Origin: Monocercomonoides exilis PA203
Lineage: Eukaryota > Protista > Preaxostyla
Reading direction: 5' to 3'
Length of the DNA: 64,000 bases
Assembly (NCBI GenBank): GCA_001643675.2
Contig: LSRY02000062.1
Location: 124,001-188,000 of the forward strand
A program made the translations under genes and the position numbers. Below are positions 48,401-61,838 of this stretch, in pieces. Within the stretch, counting starts at the first letter, position 1; the number at the start of each line of letters is the position of its first letter. Under the pieces are notes generated by a model, which had not been told where the DNA came from, did not search any database, and saw only the letters and a program-made list of their open reading frames with translations.

Positions 48401-51400
48401 TTCTCGTGCCTCCTTCTCCTTTGCTTCTCTTGCTCTTCTTTCGCTCTCCAGCTTCGACCTCTTCCTCTTCTCGTTCTCTAATAATCGGTCTCTCTCTTTC
48501 TCCAGCTCTGTTAGCGCTGCCAGCTGCTTCAGCTTGGCATATGCTGCTTCTCGCAATGAATGTGACTTCTCTGTTGAGGCAGTCTGTGAGGCAGAAGATG
48601 ACACAGATGCAGATGAAGAAGGAGGCGGTGGAGGAGCTGTTGTGTTGGAAGCAGTACGGACAGATACTCCATCGCGTGTGACTTGCAATGCAGATGATTT
48701 GGAGTATGTTTTGGGGGCAGGCACTTTGGGCTGAATGCGATTTCTGGAAGAGGATGTGTTATAGGTGTTGATGTTATTTGAGGTTGCAATGCTTTTGCGT
48801 GTTGTCTCCTCCATTCTTCTCTCTGTTGCCTCGGAATTCTCATCTTCCCCTTCCATCTCTGCCTGCTGCATTTCTGCTTCATTGGGAATGTGTCCATAAG
48901 GCAGATGTTGTTCTGCTGATGGATAGTTTGATCCTTGTCTGTACATCATTCCCTGTTGTGCTTCAATCTGCTGGCTGTTGTGTGTGTGTTGAATGGATTG
49001 TCTGTTCATTCTGTTCATCTGGCTGAGGTTGTTTGGTGTATTAAAGCCAGCCATATGTGCTTGTCCAGCAGCAGAAGAAGATGACTGAAGAGATTGATGA
49101 GTAGGAGGTGGTGGTGGTGGGAGTGAAGATATCATCTGGTTGGATGCTGCAAAGAGGGCACTTGATTGAGCGAGTGTGGCGTGTGTGTGGGGTGACTCTG
49201 GTGGAGAAGGTAATGAAGATATCATTTGAGGTGGATTTGGCAATCTTCCTGATGGTATTTCCATTGCATTGTCAGAAGTAGAAGAAGATGAAGAAGCAGA
49301 AGCAAGAGAAATTGGAGTGACTGGTGGAAGTGGAGGTAGTTGAATGGGCTGCTGAAGAGAAGGAGAGGCAGGTGGAGGAAAGAAATATGAAGAAGAGGCC
49401 GAAGCATCGTCCTTTGGAGGTGCAATGCGTATGTCTGTTGGATAACCCCTGCCTTCGTTGTAGATCTGGTTGACGATCATTTCAGGCACTTGGATGTCTC
49501 CACAGAGAGAAGTGATGGTGATCAGTGCTGTTCGAAGATGTGCCACTCCTTCCTGTATTTGTGAATAGACAGCATCTGCATCAGCAGATGAAGACATCTT
49601 TGCCCTCTGCGCTGCGATGAAGGCATCGATTGAGGCTCCCTGGAGAGGCTGCTCGGAGAAATAGAGTACTTTCAGATAGACTCTTTTTCGCCCGTTCTGA
49701 ATGAACCTGAGAACTGGCTCTTGAATGAGGAAGACGTTGTCCTCGTCGGGTGTGCCTTCCCACACTTCTCTCTCTTTCTCCTTCTCCTTCTCTCTCTCTC
49801 TTTCTTTCTTGCTCATCTTCTTCTCCCCCTTTCCTTGCTTCACAGTTGCCTCCGCGTCGTCAACGCGTCTTGCTCTTTCGCAGAAGGGGATGAAGCATTG
49901 TCTCATTCTGTTCTTTTTGTAGTGAGGTGTCTGTCTTTCTCTTCCGAAATTGTCTTCTTTGTCTTCGATGTGTGTGATCTCCACTGTCACTCCATTGCCT
50001 TCCACAACACTTGTGTACAGGGCAATGAAGAGAGGCAGCATCACATGGATGTGCAGAGGGGATATCAGATCACTCGTTGTCCAGCTGTATGTGGGAGATA
50101 GAAAAGGAGGAAGAGTGTTTTCGGGGGATGAAGAGGAAGATAAAGCTGAATTCGATGAATTGGATGAGGATGAGGAGGATGAGGATGATGATGCCATGTT
50201 TGATTTCTGATCTTTTTTCTTCTTGTTCTTTCTTGCTCGTTTGCTTTTGGACTTTGACATTTCCTGCCCAGCTGGTGGCGAAGATGCAGCAGACACAGCA
50301 GAAGGAATAGAAGGAACAATAGAAGCAGCAGAAGAAGCAGCAGCAGAAGCAGAAGAAGGAGGTGGAGGAAGAGCCGAAGCAGCGTTTCTTTCGTGTTGGC
50401 TGACAAAACCAACAATCAAGTTGTTCTCGACCACAACCGACCGCTCCATCTCGCTGAAGAAGAGGCCGAAGGGAGGGGCAGGGAAGAGAGAAGAGAGAGA
50501 AAGAGGAGGAGGAGGAGGGATGGGAGGTTGCTGCATCATGTTTGGCTGAGGCGGAGAGGTTGTGCTTTGTGAAGGAGGCTGTGTCTGGTCGGGGGATGTT
50601 GATTGGTCAGAGGAAGAAGGAATGGGAATGGGGTAGTTGGAGAGAGAAGCATTCTGAGAAGAAGAAGAAGAAGAAGAGGAATCAGAAGAAGCAGAAGAAG
50701 AAGCAGAAGCAGAGGCAGAGGCAGAAGTAGTGTCAGTCTGTGGATTATAAATAGATGGAGAAGCAAAAGGCTGCTGACCGTAGTACCCGAACTGAGCAGG
50801 ATCCAAACGAGAGGCAAACAGCTGAGACAGTTGGGGATATGCATGGATTGTGCGGGCAACGTAATGGTCAGAGAGAAAGGGCTGTCTTTGTTTGGAGGAA
50901 GAGGCATTTGTTTCGGTGGAGGCTGAAGTGGAGGTGGTGGTGGTGGCTGTTGAAGTGGTGGGAGAGCTTGGCTGGTCTTCTCCTGGCGAGTCAGATGAGA
51001 TGGATGGGATGTGTGTGGGTGAGAGTGGAAGAGCAGCAATGTTTGACTGTATTTCTGATGAAGAAGAGATCGAAGAAGGAAATTTGTTGAATGAAGAAGA
51101 AGAGGAGGAGGAAGAGGAAGAGGAAGGTAATCCAAAAGAGGACATTGGTTGAAACACTGAATCATTTGAAGAAGAAGCATGATCACTAAATAAAGAGGGA
51201 GTATTCAGATCATTCAATGACGGAAGTACTGCAGGAGGCAATCTTTGAATAAATGAAGATTGCGATGATAAAGCTGAAGCAGAAGCTGAAGCAGATGAAG
51301 ATGAAAAGAGAGAAGCGAAAGAAGATATCATTTTTGGGTCAATTGGAGGAGGAGGAGGAGGCGGGGGAGGAAGCATTGAAGAAGGAAAAGTGTCGAATGG

Positions 51401-54400
51401 ATGAGTGAGCAGATAATTCCGCAGCTCAGGATTTGGAGGAGGCGGCAGTTGTCTAATCATTCTGGGCAATGGGAAAGGCATCTGCTGCTGCTTCATGCCG
51501 ACTCTGCCTGCCATCGCAGGAGGAGGTGGGGGAGGAAGAGAAACAGGCTGATTTTGTGTGTCTGAAGGAGATTGCATGCCCTTTTGAGTGTTAATTGAAG
51601 ACTGCTGTGGCTGCATCTGATTCTGTGGTTGTTGCTGTTGCTGTGTTTGTGATTGAGAAGATGTTATTTGGCTGTCTTTCCGCTTGAATGCATATTCCAT
51701 CCACTTCTTTTCCTTCAGAAGTTCCAACAGAACAAACTCGTTGAGAGAATCAAGAATGCTAATGTCGAGTTCTTCATATGCTTTCTCTTCTTCTTCTTCT
51801 TCTTCTTCTTCTTCTTTGCTTTGATCTTTTGATGTTTTTACTTTTTTCTCTTTTTCTTTCTCTTTTTCTTTCTCCTTCTCTTTGTTTGCTTCTTTTGTTT
51901 TCACATCAAATTCTGTATCGCACAAGTAATGAATCAGTTCATTAATAACCTCTTTGATGCTAATCTCAATTTTTGTGTTGATCGAATAAACAGAATTTGT
52001 GAAAGGCGCTTTCAACAGCGGAACCTGTGACGGATCGACCATCATTCCAAGCACATCCACTTTTGACAGATCAAACAGCTGCTTCTGAATGGCAGACAGC
52101 TCTCTCAACGAAGACGAGGAAGAGGAGGAGGATGAGGATAAAGACAATGGATTGTTTCGAGGGCGTATTTTGCTCAGAACATCCACAGCTTCGTTAGGCA
52201 AGCCGGTGATGCTTCGAAGAAGAGACGATGTGGAAGAGTCTGTGTCTGTATCCATTGACGAATCAGAACTGGAAGAATCGTCTTCACTTTGATGTTCACT
52301 CTCGCTTTCCTTGTCTTTGTCTTTATCCTTTTCTTTATCTTTGTCTTTCCCTTTCCCTTTGTCTTTGTCTTTGTCTTTGTCTTTGTCTTTGTCTTTGTCT
52401 TTGTCTTTGTCTTTGTCTTTGTCTTTGTCTTTGTCTCCATGTAGAAGCGAATACTCCATCTGGTGTCTGCGTTTTCTTCTTGCACATTCATCCTTCAAAA
52501 ATGCTGCTTCAATCACTGACTTGGATGACTCTGCTGCTCGTTTGGGTATGTCTGTTGGTGCAATGCTGCTGAAATTGTTGTGTATTGTGTTGTGCAGACT
52601 GTTATTTTGATTGACTTTTTGACTTGTTTCATTCATCTGCATCTGGCTGAGTGTTTCTCCGTGTCTTTCCCTCAGCCTCCTCTGCAGCATCTGCTCTTTC
52701 TGTTCCTGAATCCTCTGCTTTAGCTGCTGCTGTCTTTCATTGTTCCTTTGCAGATCTCCTTCACTCGCACTCTCCTTCATCGCTTCAGCTGCCTCTTTGC
52801 TCTGTGTCCCCATCAGCCCCTCTGAAAATATGCTTTTCTCGTTAAACAGCATCAGCTTGTCTGTCAGCTCTTCCTTCATCCAAAGCATCGGGGCAAAGCG
52901 AGACAGCCGCTTGCTGATCTTGTTTGTCTGCGCAACGCCGTAGATGACAGAATGCTGCTTCTCTTCGATGTTCTCCCTCTGCTTCAGCTTCAGCTGTACC
53001 AGCGCATCAATCCCTTTCATCGCAATGGCATACACAATTCCATTGCGCTCATTCGTTTCAGACGTGTTGAGAGAAGAACTGCCCACAAACGACATGAACA
53101 GCTCTTCCACATCGTCTGAGCAGACAGATGGATTGGGTGTGTCTGCAGTTGCTTCTGAGTTTGCTGAGACTGACGCTGTGTCTGAGCCAGCTGTCTGTGA
53201 TGCATCGTGTTCAGCCTTCTCCCTCTGCTCATTTGCCTTTGATGTCTCATTCTCTGCTTTCTTGTTGCTTTCCTGCTGTCTCCTGTTTGAGTGTGAGTGT
53301 GCATGTGTCCGTATTCGTGTGCATCCTTTCTCTTTCAGCGCGTCCTTCCACTGCACATTCATCCTCCTTGCCTTGTGGAGCACACTGTAGTTGGTCTTCA
53401 CAAACAGCTCTGCCACACGCTCGAGTATTGCCACCATCTTCCCTGCCCTCTCAACAGAGTCCCTCCACAGCTCTTTGAACGATGAAAACGTATTCACCAT
53501 GCGTTCAGGGCGTGGCAGAGGGGAAGGAGGACGCAAAGACTCAGCCAGTTCTGCATCGATGTTGCTCATGTCAGATGCGAAGGAGGTCTTTGTGAGGAGT
53601 GAAATTGCAGAAGATGAAGACAACTTTGAATTTGAGGAGCCTTGTGAAGTAGAAGATGCGCTGCCTGTTTTGTTTCCTCTGCGCGCAGGATGATTCTGTG
53701 TCCTGTTTGGAGCAGACGAGAAAGTCAGTGAAAATGCAGAGAAGATGATGGCAAAGATGGCAAAGAGATGGCAGAGGACATAAGTGGATGTGGTGAGTGC
53801 GATGGATGAATCGCCCAGTGTGGCAGTTGGATTAGACAGCAGAAGAGTTGTTGCATTTGGGTTGAAGCTGTGAGTGTATCGGCGGAAGTATCTGAGTGTG
53901 AGGAATGTCATCGACGTGGAGGGGACGCTGTCTCTGCTGAAATGTGTGGTCAGTCTGTATGGCGTCTCAATCCCTCTCTCCTTCGCCTCCCTCTCCTGCC
54001 TCAAGTAGTCATCGTTGTCCTTCTCCATCACATACGCCTCTGCACACACAGACTCCGTCTCGTCCATCATCGACAGCCGCAGCGAAAGTGCTTCTGGTTC
54101 AAGAGACACTGCCGACTGCGACATGAGCGTCGATTTGGCTGGCGGGAGCATGCGGAAGGCGTCGGCTGTGGTGAACTTGTGGAACTTTTCAGTGATCAGC
54201 GCCTGGTTGTCGGCAAACTCGCAGTTGATCACGTCGCAGATGCGCCAGATGATGTAGTCAAACATGTTCATGCACCGCTTCTCTGTCTCTTCGGGCTCGT
54301 CTTCTCTAATCGACCGGTCTCTTCCTCTGGCTGGCTGCTCATCAGTCTTCTGTGTGTGGCTGTCTGCTGCATTTCTGGGGGATTTGTCTGGAGGAGATGG

Positions 54401-56379
54401 TTGGGAGGCTTTGGGTGATGGCTTTGGAATGGATGAAGAAGTGGGATTTGAGGAAGAAGGGGAAGATGATGATGAAGATGAAGATGAAGTAGAAGCAGAA
54501 GCAGATTGAGAAGAGGAGGAGGAGGAGTTAGATGAAGAAGAAGAGGAAGAGGAAGAAGCAGAAGAAGAAGAAGTTGATCCAGATCGAATTGATTGCAGCG
54601 CCTTTTGTCGTGTTTGGAGAGATGCCTGCATCTGCTGCTGATATCTTCGGTAGGTCAGCTGCAGACGCTGTTGTTGAGTGAAGATGAGTGGATGCACTGG
54701 GAATTGAAGAACATGCCGTGGAAGAACAGAAGGTGGAGGCAGATTTGAAGGTGGCTGTGAGAATTGATGGTGATTGTGTTTGAAGGTGTTATTGAAGAAA
54801 ATATCGTGTTGATTAATGGAATTGATGATGAATGAAATGAGATGAGATGATAAGAAGTAAATGGTATCCATATTCATTGTTGAACAATGAAGAATTATAT
54901 AAAATAAAAGCAAAAAATGCAATAAACAATAAAATAAATATTGAATAATAACAAATAAATAAAAAAGATCAAACAGGCAAATCAGAAGGATAAGGCTCGT
55001 TCAAAATGCTTGACACTCTCCACAGCACATGCAACGAGGTGGGGCGGTTCAATGGATTTGGCTCGAGCATAAAGTCAATCAGCGACAACACTTCAATTGA
55101 GAACATCTCTCTTGGCACTTTTTTAAAAAGAAAGAAAAACAAATAAATAAGTTCAGAAAATAGCATGAATAAAATTCATAATCAAAAATTTTCATCAAAT
55201 TTGAAGCAATAAAAAAAAAAGGCTCTTTATCCAAAAAGAAACAATCGAAGAATTGCTCAAAATCAAATATAGCACCAAATCTCATATATCATTCTTAATC
55301 TAGCATACATCCCATAAGTACTCCATTCGAATCAGATATTCCGGCACCCAATCTTTCGTTTTCTGCTCTTGTCCATTCCATTGCAGTTGGGTAAGAGTAC
55401 TGCACCATGAACTGCTTCACGTAAGCATTATCTCTTTCTGCTTCGTGGTTGCTAAGCGAATCTTTCTTTTTCGCTGAGCATGAATCTCCGTCATCAGCAT
55501 CAGCATCTTCGAACGGAAACTTATCGAAGCACATCCAATACAGCAAGCATCCTAATTCCCACACATCAACCTTTGGGCCAATCTCAAATCTTCCCAGTAA
55601 AGCACCTAGTTCTGGAGGATGCACTTGGAACGGGATTTTTGTTCGAAGGTAATCTGCTACAATTCTTTTATCGTGTTGATTCATTTTTAAAAAACTTCCT
55701 TTTTGAGGAATACATCCATTAATGCTTCCAAGCTTAAATAGACCGTCTTTCCCTTGGAAAATATTTTGCGGGATTATTTGCCCATGCATAATAGATGGAT
55801 TACGAGTATGTAAATAAACAACTCCTTTCACTATTTGATAAAATATTTTTAAAACTTCAGATTCTGTAAATGGCGAGTTGTCATAACGCATTGTTGCTTC
55901 TTCTGCAAGATTTGTCGGACAAAACTCGAGCAGCGAAATGTAATCTCGATTATCTGCTTCTCCATATATGTAGCCAACTTTAAAAGTTTCCATTACATGA
56001 GGATGATGAATGGAAGCCTCAAAAAAGAAATTAAAATGAAAAAAAGTTCGTGAATCAAAACATTGACAAAAAATTAATCACACCATAGTCGATAACTTAT
56101 TCTCGTAAATAAATGATGTTTCCTTTGCGACTGTTTGCTTCTTTTTAAGAACGTAAAGTTTTCCTTTTTTGAAAAAAGAAAATTTATGAAAAGAATTAAT
56201 TTAAAAAAATACCTGTGGCAGAATCTTGCGCTAAATAAATCTTACTTCCTTGTCCTATCCAAAAATTAGTAAGCTAACAAATATTATAAATTATACAAAC
56301 GTTCAGAAATAATATTTCGAATTCGAAGATGTATCTGCCCAAATACGCAAAATCCTCCGTTCACTTGTGTAGAAGACAT
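35066..56379 (-). CDS. Giant (~6,900 aa) protein: N-terminal NAK-family-like pseudokinase followed by a ~6,560-aa mostly low-complexity region
   Basis: Kinase exons at 56379-54975 (LLEFCP, FTESEVLKIFYQI, YLHTRNPSIMHGQI, PPE, KVDVWELGCLLY, MLEPNPLNRP). A phase-0 GT..AG intron (54974-54755) joins them in frame to the stop-free ORF ending at 35066. Confidence 0.75.
39400..40300 (-). repeat. E/R/K-rich coding repeat (single alpha-helix / coiled coil) within the giant protein
   Basis: EEEKRKEEERRKEEERRMEEEKR...; strongly pyrimidine-rich plus strand. Confidence 0.8.
52357..52434. repeat. (CTTTGT)13 hexamer tandem repeat encoding (KD)n
   Basis: Directly visible; degenerate units extend to ~52311. 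Confidence 0.9.
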
Positions 56380-56678
56380 TGCAGTATTTTCAACAATTAT
56401 GATTAACGATCAATTCTGTGCGGTTTTCTTTTTGTTAATAAAATAACAAATAAAAAGCAAAAAGAACTGATCCTATAGATCGTGAACGCCCTTTTTCATA
56501 ATTAACATTTTTCAGAAAGCAACAAGGAAATGAAAATTTAACTTTATCGATAACAGAAATTTTAAACAAACGTTTTCTGGAAATTCAATGTTTAGGTTTA
56601 TAAAAAAGTGAAGAAATGGAAAATGGTAAAAAGTTAGAATTTGAAAATATGGTGATTGCAGTGAAGGATTGAAATGAA

Positions 56679-57201
56679 TTAAAATGTTGGATTTTGAATT
56701 ACCACAAGAATGTAATCCCGATCTAGTACAAAAAATCATGTTATAATTTGAAAGATTTCAAAAAAATACAAACCTGGTGCGATCAATATTTCATTTTTGC
56801 CCGTTCGTAGCCGAATAAATGTTAAATCATCAGTCTTCGAAATAAAAATGAAATTTGTTTTCAATATAGCAAAATATATTCGCATTTTTAATTCAAACCT
56901 CATCCAGCTTCTTTACTGTTGATTTGGCATTATGAACAAGTTGGGTAACAAGAGCAGCATAGTGAATTGTTAAACGTTGTTCGAGTGATGTTCTGATGAT
57001 AATTCCTTGGTTATTAAACACCATACATCCTGTAACACCCTTATGATTGCAGATTCTTTTAATTGTATCTTCTACTTCAGACTAAAATTAAAATTTGTGT
57101 AAAAATGTACGATATTTTATGTAATATAGATATTGAAAATAAATATTTGATGATCATATTCGTTTTAACAATAAAGTTAAGAAATAATTTTCTAATACCA
57201 T
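56679..57201 (-). CDS. DYNLRB: Dynein light chain roadblock/LC7, 4 exons; absent from the ORF track
   Basis: Spliced M|SEVEDTIKRICNHKGVTGCMVFNNQGIIIRTSL...|TDDLTFIRLRTGKNEILIAP|DRDYILVVIQNPTF*. Confidence 0.93.
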
Positions 57202-57397
57202 TTATCAGTAATGGATTATGGGTAATAAAAACGGTTATCAGCATTGCAATAAATAGTTTGTTGGGGAATTCTTTAATCGGTAATATATTTATAAGTAGTT
57301 AAAAATTACATTAAATAAACTCTATTCATTCGATTAATTAAAATTTTAAAAAAAAAAATTAATTTTTGATGTAAAAAAAATTTAATAACATTGTTGG

Positions 57398-60283
57398 TTA
57401 TGAGGTTGTCTTAATCTCAACAACATCTGGCACAGGTATTAACATAGAAGATGGTAAAACATATGGTTTTGGTTCTGTCATTTTTTGGACAGAATCAATT
57501 TCTTGCATTTCAATATCAGATATATCATCTGCAGTTTCATCTACAATATCATTCTCTTCTAAAGGTTCGAAATTGCTTTCTTCAAGCTCTTTGCTTAACG
57601 AATTACTGGGTGTAGAAGCGTTTTCATTCGACATTATTGTGATAGGAGTTGAAAAGAAAGGGAGAATAAGCGTTCTGCGAGTTACATTCTGTTTGCTTGC
57701 ATTAGAAATACCAGGAAGAGCTGCTGAAGAACAAGATTGCGTGTCCATCTCCTTTTCCAATGAGCACAAATAACTTGATGCTGAGTCCGCATTGTCCAAC
57801 AATTTGACATATTCGGAGAAATACTTTGTGAATACGCGCTTCACTTTCTTTTGCCTTGTTGAATCACATACTTGATACAAATCGCATAATGTTCGTATTC
57901 CCTGTGCCCTAACAAAGTCATCTGAAGCATGATTTCTGAAGTAACTTGACTGCAGATGCGGAGATGGTGACATTGAGGAATTTGAAGGTGCTGTGGTTTG
58001 TACAGTCAAAGAGTGTGAATCAGCATCGCCATTGATATCAACGCTCGCACCAGCCAAAAGATGAAAGTATATAATATGCAGAGCTGAGTCCAGGATGCTC
58101 ATAACAATGCCAGCCATTTGTATTGGAGTCTGAGATGAGATTGACTTGTTCATAACACATGTGCACCTCCTCTGTTCTTTTTCAGTCAGCTTGCTCCATT
58201 CTTCTATTTCACATAAATGGCTCGATGTCATTTCTTCAATCAATTCAAGAACAATTCGCATTGTCCCCTTTTGTGTGATTGCTTTGACATGAGAAACTTG
58301 TGCTAGCGACGCATTGCTCAGAATAAACAAGCTTTCCCGCCTGACGCGCAGCGGCTGTGAGCTGTCTGAAATAACGGCCAGAGCAGCATCAATGGCACCG
58401 CAGCGCAGCATAGTTGACACAACGCTGTTGATTGTGGTGCCATCGCTGGCGATGTTTGACAGGATTGTAGAAGCATCCAGTCGGATTTCTGCATCGTGTG
58501 AATAGAGCGGCTGGCAGTATCCAACTTGGCGTTGTTGAGAAGATGGATTGGAAGAGGATGTTGTAGATGATGATGTCGATAAGCAGTCACTTTGGGAGGA
58601 GGGATTTGAAGAAGTGATATTACAAGTTGATGTGGAGTGTGAAGAAGCAGATGTGCCAGAAGGCTGAAAGTATGTGGATGAAATGAGTGGAGACAGTGGT
58701 GGAGTGATTGAGTCATAACAAGGAGAAGAAGACATAGAAAGAAACTGTGAAGGCGAAGAAGAAGAGGGTGATGACGTTGATGGCATTTGTGTCGAAGTCG
58801 ATGAAGATGAGAAAACGGATTGAGAAGAGGATGAATTGGATGATCTGTCGAAGTGTTTTGAAGTGGTTGAAATGAGCATAGATGGTGCAATGATTTTTGT
58901 TAAAAGTTGTATTGCGCCTTTGGATACCATTATTTGGGAAAATTTTGCAGAATACGAAGCCATGTAGCTTAGAGCTCTAACAGCAGGCTGAATGACGTAA
59001 TATTGAGATTGCCTTTGGGGAAAGAACAATGAAGCAAATACATCAAATAAAGAATCGCATAAAATAATAACCGACATATAAATGAAAACAATCCGGCAAA
59101 CTTCAAAAAACCAAGCAGCAAGGGAATTATTTCTTCTCCGTTTATCAGATCAAGAAATGTTCCTCCTTCGCATATGTACATCAGAGCTGTTAGAGAGTCA
59201 GACAGCACAAGTGGATCAGACACAGCAAGCGATGTGGTAATTAAAGGCAGAAACAGTTCGATTTCATCTCGATTTCTGATGAACCGAAAATAGCGAGAAA
59301 GGAAAAACAGGATGTTGTCAATCATCGTATCAAAGCAGATAGCTGAACCGTTTGAAGAGCTCTGGATTGATAATGAAGGCAATAAAGATGATGGTGAAGC
59401 GGTTGATAATGAAGAATTTGCAGGAGAGAGGGATGCGTAATATGTATCATCTCTCAAAGATACACACGATGAATGGGCTGAACTGTTTTTTGAAATGTGC
59501 TGTATGATCAATGAATGTAAAACTTTTGGCAGATCTGAATGGTACATCAACAAACAGACGCTTTCAGAATATCCAGCAATGTTTCCTAATGCCAAAATTG
59601 CCTGTTCCTGGATTTGCTTGTAATGTGACTGACATAATGATATAAGTAATGGTATTCCCCAATACTTGGTCATATCAGTTACACCTCTGCCCATGTAATA
59701 AGTTATGTTAACAATAATTTTCATTGCTTCATATTGAAGTTGAGGATTATCCGAAGTACTCAGGATTTGGATCAAACATTGAACAATTCCAGATTCTACA
59801 ACTAAATTCACTATCATTGCATCTAAATTTTTTGATGAAAAAATCTTTGAGCATAAATATTAACAAACTTTCTGAACTTAATTCAGTTATTGTCTTTAAA
59901 CTTCGATAAACAACTTCTGAATTTGATGATGATAATTGAGAAATCGTGAATGGGAGTGATTCAATCTAATTTAATAATATTTGTCAATCAATATCCTTTT
60001 GAAGAATTCAAACTTTTTCTTGAATATTTTTAGGTAATTCAAATATTTGTTCTCTTCCTATTACATTTCTTCTAAGTGCTAAATCTTGATCTCTCGTACG
60101 AGTTCGAAGCTGAAAACTATGAAATTCTCCTTGTATTCGATTTATATCTGGAGAAAAATCTGCAACGCAAAAGAATAAATTCAAAACAGTTAAAAATCAT
60201 GAGCATCTCAAAATTTTAATTAAACCAGATGTGTATGATTTAACCCTACGATGAGCCCTTTCGTGCACATCGTTGAGCAGCAT
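57398..60283 (-). CDS. Divergent importin-alpha-like ARM-repeat protein, multi-exon
   Basis: IBB-like N-terminus (HRRVKSY...QLRTRTRDQDLALRRN). ARM motifs VVESGIVQCLIQIL..DNPQLQYEAM, QEQAILALGNIAG, LSNIASDG and RRESLFILSNA. Ser-rich insertions. Confidence 0.8.
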
Positions 60284-60415
60284 GTTTTCTTGTAATTTAA
60301 ATTAAAAGAAAATATAAAGTGGGAATAAAGATCACGATAAATAAATAAATACTTCATTCAACTAACTCAAAAAAACATAAATTCATTTTTATTTTTTAAA
60401 AAAATTATAAATAAA

Positions 60416-61645
60416 TCATGAAGTGGAACTTAAAGGCACTGTTTCCGCCGGAGTATTTATTTTTTGTTCTGTTGAAGATGATTCGACTTTGTTTTCGTTT
60501 GATTGCTGCTGTTCATTTGTTTGTGCAGATTGAGTCGGTTGCTGCTTTTCAGAAAATTGCTGTCGTTGCATTTTGGTTGCGGCTTCGATGTGTTCAATGC
60601 AAGTCTTCACGTATTTTTCGAGGTTTCGTTGAACACGTGGTTCGAAGTCGTCGATATCGAATTCTAAAACCTCGTCTTCAACTTCCACTCCTGTGTGTGG
60701 TGAAATGTGCTGTATAAATTCGACTATCTTCTCAAGAAATTTTTCTGGAAGGTGCTTTATGTGGTGAAAAAGCTTTTCTTTCTCCTCCATTGTCATCGGT
60801 TTATCATCTCCTTCAAATCTGTTAAGTAGCTCATCTAAATTTGGCTTTATAATTGGTAGCTGCTGAGCAATATGCCCCTTCTTGTCTGTTGCTACCCTTG
60901 TCGAAGTTAAAGAAGCACCTGTTGTTGAAGATTGGGGTTTAAAATATTTATGAGGGTTTGTTGCGGAAACTCTTCTCAATTCTTCCGTTGTAAGTAATCC
61001 GCTTGATTCACAAAATGAAACAAAGACTTTTTGAAGTGTAACGGCCATCTTTGATACGTCGGAATCAGGTGGATTGTAATGGTAACAATTATCCCATACA
61101 AGATAAATATCATCTAAACATTTACTGTAATTGGTATCATATATTCCATGATCCAGATTGCTTTTTATTGTGCCCAAATCCATTGGGTGCTTAATGATAA
61201 GTGGATAATCTGGAATGTCAAGTCCTTTAACATCCACAGGGGCTGCAAAAGGATAAGCATATTGATGCTTCAAAAGCCTTTGAATCGCTCTTTTAAAAAA
61301 TCTGAAGTGTTTTGGTCAAAATCAAAAATAATTTTAAATGAATAATATTGGAAAATAAAAACTGTAATAATCACACTTTATTAACTCCAAGTTGTTTGGT
61401 TGAAGTGCAGATATTGAAGATGTAGACCGAGAACCTGTACTCATTGTTGTAGCTCCTGGAAAATCATCTTGGCGCACATCCTCTCGCTAAAAATAAATAT
61501 AATATTAATATTTGAAAAATATTTGCGATAAGTTGGTTGAATTTAATCGTACAAATTCAAATAAATATTTAAAAAATTTTCTAATTTTTCAATTAGTAAC
61601 TTCTCATACAGTCTTCTTTTTATCTGCTGACGATTGATAACTCAT
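60416..61645 (-). CDS. Bromodomain + extra-terminal (ET) domain protein (BET/GTE-like, single bromodomain)
   Basis: Bromodomain AYPFAAPVD...PDYPLIIKHPMDLGTIK...WDNCYHYNPPDSDV. ET domain PMTMEEKEKL...LEFDIDDFEPRVQRNLEKYV. Confidence 0.9.
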
Positions 61646-61838
61646 TTTAATAGTGATGTGATAATATTAAGCACGTTCAAAAGTTATTCAGTTATTAATT
61701 TTCAAATTTATTATTTAATTAAAGCCTGTTTCGCCTCTACCAGATCAAAATAAGATCAAATAAAACGATTTTTTATCAAACATGTTCCAAGCACAAAAAT
61801 ATACGCTTTTATTATTTTTGCAACAAAATTTTCAAAGA

